The position numbers and the translations under genes are program-made. Positions 55,795 through 64,000 of a stretch of DNA of 64,000 nt are shown in pieces. Under the pieces are notes generated by a model. That model searched no databases and was not told the DNA's origin. It worked only from the letters and a program-made list of their open reading frames with translations. The DNA is from Eledone cirrhosa (Eukaryota): contig OZ024741.1 in NCBI GenBank assembly GCA_964016885.1, positions 345,774,001 to 345,838,000 on the forward strand, written 5' to 3'. Within the stretch, counting starts at the first letter, position 1; each line of letters begins with the position of its first letter.

Positions 55795-57406
55795 AAAACG
55801 TGCTGCGGGGTTGCCAATGGGTTACATATGAATAAAGTTAGTCCTTCATCAGTGATCTTCCAACCATCATTGGTATTTCATCGCTTTAAAGACCATATAC
55901 CTCCGGTTGGTGCGAGCAACGGCTAAAAAAAGTCGTTGGGATACGTAAATAAAGGGAACACGAGTGTAAACAAACAAAAATGGTGAAGCAACGAAAAGTG
56001 AGGAATAAGGAGTCAAGTCCCAAATTTCTATGAATTTAAATTCGGTGAAATCGTGAACGAGAGAGAATAAAGACCATCAAACCTGGTTGGAATGTAAGCA
56101 AGGAAGGAATTCGGTACAGGTCTAACGGGAGGAAGAAGGGATCTAGACCGTGAATTCGGTGAACGTAAGTTCTGTGAAATCGTAGACGAGAGAGAGAAAA
56201 AAAGCGACCTGCCAGACCAAGGGTGCGAAAGAAAAGAATTACGCACAGGTCAAACGGGAAGAAGGAGGAGGAGGAGAGGTAGTAACAGAGAATGAGGGAG
56301 TGAAAGGTGAGGAAGCGGCTAACAGAGAGAGTGACTGCTAGAGAGGGTAAAGATACAGAGAAAGAGGAAGCAGTAAGAACGAAATAGACGTGTAACAGCG
56401 GGGAAAAAAATATGTGTAAATATGAGAAAAACGTGCTGCGGGGTTGCTAAACGAAACGCAAAAATCAGAGATGACACTGGCAAAGTGCTCAATAGATAAA
56501 AACCAGAGCTAAACAATGTGTTAAGAAGCCATACAAAACTGAAAAAGTGGTCAAGAAAGCATTAACCACCTAAGCCAAAACGCCAATCAAGCTATACACT
56601 TTAGAGAATATATTTTCAAACTTTGGTTTTATAAAAGCATGTATAAAACACATATGGGAGAAAATTTGAAATAATGTGAGCGTCATCTACTAACATAGCG
56701 CCAGTAAATGTATTGATATCAGCAACAACAACAGCAATAATAACACCCCAAACAGCACCAACAGCAACAATTTTATACATAAACTATCTACACACTTACC
56801 CCATTCAACTACCGCCACCACTATTCAGAAATAATTATGTTTATACGAAATATGAGGTGCCTCATATATAATATTATTTAATACCGATTGAGATTAAATT
56901 TAATTTCTCAAATTCATCAAGGCGCAATTTATTATATTCTTAAGTTTGAAACTTACAATAGATATTGAATTAAAATCTCTAATTTATGAAATATGTAGAG
57001 AAATAAAAGTAAAAGTAAAAAATAAATTGGAAAAATATTAGCAATTTAACTGGAATGAAACACATTGCATACACACCACCCATACACGCAGGCTGACAGA
57101 AACACACACATACACACACACGCTCTCTCTCACTCCCCCCACACACTTTCTATATCACACACACACACAGTCACTCACCCACACACACAGTCACATGTGT
57201 ATGTGGAAACGTCATTGCATCGATAAATTTACATGTATTAATATGTAAACTTATAAATACAACAACATAACTATATGGTACGTAATTCTATATACATATC
57301 TACACACATATACCTACACACACAGAGGCATATATATATATACTTCGTTTTTGAGAATTTTATTGGCAGCATGGCCCTCCCAAAGTGTAACAATATATAT
57401 ATATAT

Positions 57407-57598
57407 AACGAAGGAGTTGTGGTAAGGAACCAGATTGACCATAACGCACCAGAGTACTCAATACTTAGGGTAGTAGAGTGGGTAATAGGGAAATGTATGA
57501 CTCCGACGGCAGAGCTCAAGCCGTTTCAACGGCTATTTCTGTCCAGAAATAGCCGTCGAAACGGCTTGAGCTCTGCCGTCGGGGTCATACATTTTCAT
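57407..57598 (-). mobile_element. Fold-back half-HHR element (gaccccgacggc family)
   Basis: Palindrome centred ~57542, (TA)n flanks. Confidence 0.75.
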
Positions 57599-57648
57599 AT
57601 ATATATATATATATATATATAAATATATAGATAGATATACATACATAC

Positions 57649-57756
<108 letters not shown>

Positions 57757-58946
57757 TGATACAGTGATATATTTGTATCTAATAAAATATCATTTTGGTT
57801 GACTGAACATATAATATCTCCATGAGTATCCCAGCGTCCCATAACAATCTTTTAATATCTATATCAGAATGACTGTCACCTCTGAATAATTGTTTACTTC
57901 TTTAGATAACTATCCATCTGTTTGTCCATAAATGTATATACACGCTTAATATACTTATTATATTTTTGTATATGTACACACTCACTCACACACACATTCG
58001 AAATGAGGCATAATTTAAGACTGCGTATAGAATACATGCAGTACATTAAATATAGTTTCATCTATTAAACTAGAATATTTTCAATACCCTGACGCGTATG
58101 TGCATATGGTTGTGCGTGTGTGTATGTATTATGCATACATTTATATGTATCAGTATATAAATAAAAATGCGCAAACACAGACACACTTACAAAAATACAC
58201 ACTGTCAAACATAAATTCAAACAAACACACACATCAATTCACATAAGCATACATACACATACATTTACACAAACACACACGTACACATAATTCACATACA
58301 ACATAGCAAATAAAACGTCGCTCACTGTTTGGCTATAGTTTTTTCATCATTCCATTCCTTCCTTTTACACACATACATTCACATAAACACACACACATTG
58401 TGTGACGGATGGATATGGCTCAAATTTATGTATAGATGGCATTTACAAGACATGGTCTGTATCTCATTACATTTAAAATTTGTCTGAGATTGTCAGGGAG
58501 ATTCATAATTACGCATTGTCAGTATCGGTAGAGTTTCGGACAACATGCTTTGCGGTATATAGTTATGGCCCTTTACGTTTTGAGATCAAATTTCACCCAG
58601 GTCAATAAAATAAAGCACCAGTAACGCACTGCAGTCGATCTAACCGACATTCTCCCTCCCTTCAAATTGTTGACCTTGTAGAAACAATTATTACGCATGT
58701 TTGAGATCAGGTGATGTTTCGACAGGATGGGATGCTGGTCAGTCGTCGGAATGGTTTCTACGCTGGCTGATGGCTCGAGTTTAGATTCCCTGATTTGCGT
58801 GAAGAGAATATACATCAATGGAAAGAGAGATGGGGAAATGACAAAGGTGAAAAGAGAGTACAAAGAAATTAGATAAGCAAATGTTAAAACAAAGGATTAG
58901 AGATGATTAAGGGAAAGCTTAAATTTGAAGTATGTTTTTGAACAAT

Positions 58947-59024
<78 letters not shown>

Positions 59025-62019
59025 AAACACACACATGCACACTCACACACACATATATATGTATGTATGTATATTGTTTTACTTTGGGAAGGTCATGTTG
59101 TCAATAAAAACACGCATCTGTTGATTTTTCCTTAATTTTCTTTTATTAACTGAGTAATTCATTCATCATTTAGTTTAGTAACCGGTTGTTCGTTTAGTTG
59201 TTAATTGTCAAAGCTCTTTCGTCACAGATCCTGTGACCTTCTCAATGACTCTTCTTGCACCTCTGGATCCCCTGTTTGTTCTGATCTTCTATGTATGCCA
59301 TATTGAAACATTCAAACCTCCAGGCATGTAATATAAGTCGACCTTTATTCTGCTATCGATTTTTTCTCTCATATTTCTCGGCTTATATACGAATATATAT
59401 GGTAAATACAAGGTAAGGTCCTGGAGGTAAGTTTCGAAAGATTGGAAAATAACTGGCATCATAACCTTTATTATTCCTGGTGAGGTGATGAGGGAAAGTA
59501 ATTAATTAATTGAAATTCCCGACCATGGATTACTTCTTGTATCTGAAACGTGCGTAGGATAAAAAGATGATATTTTATATCCTTTAGTCTTTCCTTTAAA
59601 CACACACACACACACACATTTATATATTTATGTGTATATATATAGAGAGAGATAAGAATGATATATAAGAGTTGAATAATACATAGCAATTTGGATAGAA
59701 AGAAATTGGGCATTTAGAACTAGCTGAATAATTGTTTCTACTTTCGCCTCAAGCCCAGCAATTATCCCATTGTATTACTGGTGCTTTATTTTATCAACCC
59801 CGTAAGGATGAAAGGCAAAGTTAACTTCGGTGGGATTTGAAATCAGAATGGCAAGGGCCGTAATAATTGTGGAGAGCTGGTAAAGTTGTTAGATCGTTGG
59901 ATAAAAGAACTCGGTATTGGTTCCAGGTTCTGTTTTATAATCAACCATGATTTTGCTATGTTTTGGTCGTCGATATATCGAGTATCAATACAGGGACGGT
60001 GGTTTGGCTGATTTGTTAATGACCTGGCCGGGATGATTTCGTGTTATTCTTTTCGTTTCTCTATGTTCTGATTTTAAATCTTGTCAGAGGAAAAGCTGTG
60101 ATCCCTCTGCCAGAAATTACGACCGAAGGATGATATCACCAATACAAAGTCGAATTTAAACATAGTTTCCTTAGTACAATCTGACTAATGACTCCTATCT
60201 TCTCCGAATAAGTAAGAACATGAGAAAAACAATAAAATTATAATGCGAAATACCATTGCAGGATTACTGTTTTTATTGGTTAAGAGCTTAACGTGGTATT
60301 GTAAATGGTGGGGTAGATTTGAAAGTGGTATGACAACAAAAGGAGAAACATAATCAAATGTTGTGAAAATGTCTGCAAATAGTAAAAGGCGAATGAATAA
60401 TAAATCAAAATTCCAGACAAATTGTAATTTGGTGATGGATATATATTATTGTCCCTGCCAGAAAACAATAAATAATTTCCTACAAATATATCGAGAAATA
60501 TAAAATATTAAATGGATTAATGTAAATTTAGTGATAGCTATTACTAGTATTATAACTTAATTATCTCTATAGAAGCAGATGGAAACTATAGGAACGATTC
60601 ATATATGTGGCTATAAACGCTAAAATTAAAACTGATAGATAAGAGAAGGGAAGCAGAATAATCAAATCAAACATTAATGATGAATCCTTTAATTAGTTAA
60701 ATCATTTGGTTATTAATTTGTAGATTTAGAGTAATGGTAGTTGAACTGATCATACAAGGATTTATGGTTTTAAAGTATCAAAATATGGCTGATAGTATTA
60801 AATGAAAAAATACTGTCAAGCCATAAATTGTTTAGTGGTATAATTATAGAGATTTATATGAAGAAAGATAGGCGTGAAACGAGGTTACTTTGAAAACAGA
60901 AGGATATATGTTTATGTGATATTAATGGAGGAAAGATAAAGATAAAAGGAAGATTAAGACTAATAAAGAGCCAAGTGGAAATCAGGACATCTAGATAGCA
61001 GAAGCAAATACACGTATAGTTCTAGTCAAACGAGATTTACTTCTGTATGACGAATTCCATATTTTTTCTTTGTCTGTCCCACATATTATGTTTGTATATA
61101 AATCCTTTCGACTTGATGGTCAATATTTGGTGTATTTTTTTATTTGCCCGGTCGCCGTGTGGTTCGGTGTAATCAAAACCCTGAAGGTTGGAGCTCATTA
61201 CGTATGTGTGCCTTCTCAGCTTATTTGCCATTACGTAGTGTCACAGAGGGATATTGTCAATAGAATAACTAAATCAACTGGTAACAAATGCTGTTTACTT
61301 CGGTAGTAATCTTGGTTTCCTACGAATGTCATATGAATTTTCGTCCAGTTCCCGGTGACGTAACACCATGAAAGCTTCTCAAAAGTCAACAATCAATACA
61401 ATTTTGCTAATAGATACATATATATATTTCTATGGAGATAAATGTAGCGCCAATATTCAAAATCAATCAATGAATCTGTCCAACAATTAACAATCAATAT
61501 TTTAAATGGCACTTGCTTTTCGAAAGCTTGCTCTTATTTTTGCTGGATGTAACTTAATGTTTCTATCTATGTTTTATGACGAAATGGGGATTGATGTTTG
61601 TCATTTAAATAATTGATTATTAATTGTTGAACGGATTGGACGGATTAATTGATGAATTCTGTATACTGGCTCTCAATTTATCCCCATAGAAACACTTGTA
61701 GAAATTAAAGATAGAATTTGAATAACAATAATGTTTTTTTCATTAATCTACTAGTGTTGTAACTCAGCGGAGTACACATTCGGTTGGGATTCCTGCATAG
61801 TGTCGACCTTAATAATGCATGGAGCAATTTACCAAGATAATAGTGGATTATTCCACTAAATTCCATTAAATTTATTCCATTAAATTTTAAATGTAAGTCC
61901 AAATAATAAGCCGAAGATTTTAGTGGAGACATTGTGTTGCAACTAATATTAATAGATCAGTTTATAAGCGGTTACCATTTTTAAATATACGCATCATTTC
62001 ATTTAGTCTCTCTCTCTCT

Positions 62020-62054
<35 letters not shown>

Positions 62055-62058
<4 letters not shown>

Positions 62059-62248
62059 AACGAGTAGGACCCCGACGGCTGAGATCAAGCCGTTTCGACG
62101 GCTAATTGTGGACTCCAGAATTAGCCGTCGAAAAGGCTTGAGCTCAGCCGTCGGGGTCCTACTCGTTCCTATTACCCACTATACTACCCTAAGTATTGAG
62201 TACTTTGGTGCGTTATGGTCCATCTGGTTCCTTACCACATTTCCTTCG

Positions 62249-62250
<2 letters not shown>
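62055..62250 (+). mobile_element. Fold-back half-HHR element (gaccccgacggc family)
   Basis: Palindrome 62055-62171 plus family tail, (TA)n flanks. Confidence 0.75.
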
Positions 62251-62279
<29 letters not shown>

Positions 62280-62280
<1 letters not shown>

Positions 62281-63166
62281 GAGGTGTGTCAGAAAAGTTC
62301 CAGGACTGATGTCACAAAAGATTTATTTCAAACCCAAACTTCACACTAAGACTTTTCTCCTTCAAAGTAATCCCCCTGGAGTCTAATGCACTTTTCCATC
62401 CTTTTCTGCCACGCTTGCATGCACTCCTGGAAGGATTCTTCCGGGATCCTCCAGAGTTCCGTCGTGACGGCCTTTTTGATGTCCACGTATTCAAAACGGG
62501 TTCCCTCCGGGTCGTACTAGAAGATTCATGACTCATCACCGGTGATGACTGTCCCTAGTAAGTCTGGTTCAATTTCAAGACGCTCGAGGATGTCCTGGCA
62601 GACTTGTATGCGTCGACCCTTCTGGTCATCGTTCAGCAGTTTTGGGACCATCTTTGCGCAGACTTTCCGCATGTCCAAATGTTCAGTGACGCTGTCCCGA
62701 TTCATGCCCAGCTCATTTGCCATCAGTCGAACAGTCAGCCGACGATCGCTACGCACCATCTGCCTGATACGCTCAACGTTGACCTCATTCCTGGTTGTTG
62801 AGTGTTTTCCGCTCCTGGGGTCATCTTCCACGTCCTCGCGCTCTTCTTTAAACCTCTTGTACCATTCAAAACCACATGAGCGTGACATCGTCTCATCTCC
62901 ATACACTTGCTGCAGCAATCCCAGTGCTTCTGACGGAGTTTTCCCCAACCGTACCAGAAACTTCAAGTTTGTTCGTTGCTCTGTGCTCATTGCTTGACGT
63001 CCTGAAAAAGAGGAGATTTATATAAAATTATTAAGAAAAAAGTTTGATCGCTACAGAGAGCTACGATTAAAGTTACAAACTCCAGGGGGATTACTTTGAA
63101 GGAGAAAACGCCTAGTGTGAAGTTTGGGATTGAAATAAATCTTTTGTGACATCGTCCTGGAACTTT
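62280..63166 (-). mobile_element. Internally deleted mariner transposon with ~90-100-bp inverted termini
   Basis: MSTEQRTNLKFLVRLGKT..SRS..FEWYKRFKE.REDVEDDPRSG, VCAKMVPKLL, ITGDES, then a jump to RMEKCIRLQGDYFEG; inverted repeats 62296-62382/63079-63166. Confidence 0.9.
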
Positions 63167-63200
63167 ATGTATATATATGTATATATATATATATATATGA

Positions 63201-63290
<90 letters not shown>

Positions 63291-63334
63291 ATATTAAATA
63301 AATGGAAACTATATTTATAAAACCATATTTATTC

Positions 63335-63386
63335 TATTATATATATTTCAAGGGTACCAAAATCTTTGGTACGCTTTCATCAGATA
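63335..63386 (-). ncRNA. HHR in a short element; decayed relative at ~46985-47040 plus
   Basis: UAU-CUGAUGA-AAGCGUACCAAA(GAU)UUUGGUACCCUU-GAAA-UAUAUAUA-AUA, then AATAAA. Confidence 0.7.
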
Positions 63387-64000
63387 CAATACAAAGAGTG
63401 CTTTATAAATTTTGACATAGCAAAGGAAACCATACATTATCAGTTGAATTTTCCTTGGGTAGTGAGATTAAAGAACGGATTTTTCAAGCTTATGGATGAA
63501 TATGCAATGAATATGTAAATATGGTTGAGTTATATGATTGAAAAACCGTTATTTTAAACGCTATGGAAAGTTTAGATATATAATAAGAGAGAAAGAAAGG
63601 AAAAAGAAGAAGAAGAAGGAAAAGGAAAACAGGAAAAAGAAGACCACTTATATACGTTAATTTTTTTTTTTTGGGGGGGGGGGAATAAATTCGAATATTT
63701 ACCTATATTATGTATATATTTATATGGAGAATTATGTTTGTAAGTATTTATCTTATAATATTATAGTGGGTTAAATATATAAATATTTATATATATTTTA
63801 ATAATAGCATATGTATTTTTATTAGAAAGATAATTTGCAATTATTAGTTGTTTATAATATGAGTTACGAGCGATGTTGATTTTGTGTTTTATGTAGATAA
63901 ATGAATAAATAGGTAGTTCAAGTTTTAGGTGGTTGTTCTTAATATGAGTTACGATGGAGTTTATTTTGTACTTTGTATTTTATGTAAATAAATAGGTAGT

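Overview
AT-rich, microsatellite-laden eukaryotic DNA made almost entirely of repeats; I found no host protein-coding gene I can support. The SINE families and (TA)n/(CA)n density suggest a cephalopod, probably Octopus (inference). Main feature: a 6.1-kb array (8484-14601) of near-identical 310-bp monomers, each carrying a type-I hammerhead ribozyme (HHR) fold. About 4.6 units lie on the minus strand and about 15.1 on the plus strand, joined 5'-to-5', with both outer ends in (TA)n. This fits a non-LTR retrozyme or non-autonomous Penelope-like element (PLE) copied by rolling-circle reverse transcription (inference). About 30 further HHR-like motifs from many unrelated short families are scattered across the window, mostly in (TA)n tracts. 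Several use non-canonical cores (U3-A8, U4C, mismatched first stem II pair), and one family repeatedly folds back at HHR stem II. Also present: two decayed GIY-YIG PLEs, a 5'-truncated CR1/L2-group LINE, CRE-, R4- and RTE-like relics, two mariners, two non-autonomous Helitrons and about 20 tRNA-derived SINEs. All folds were read by eye; activity is untested.
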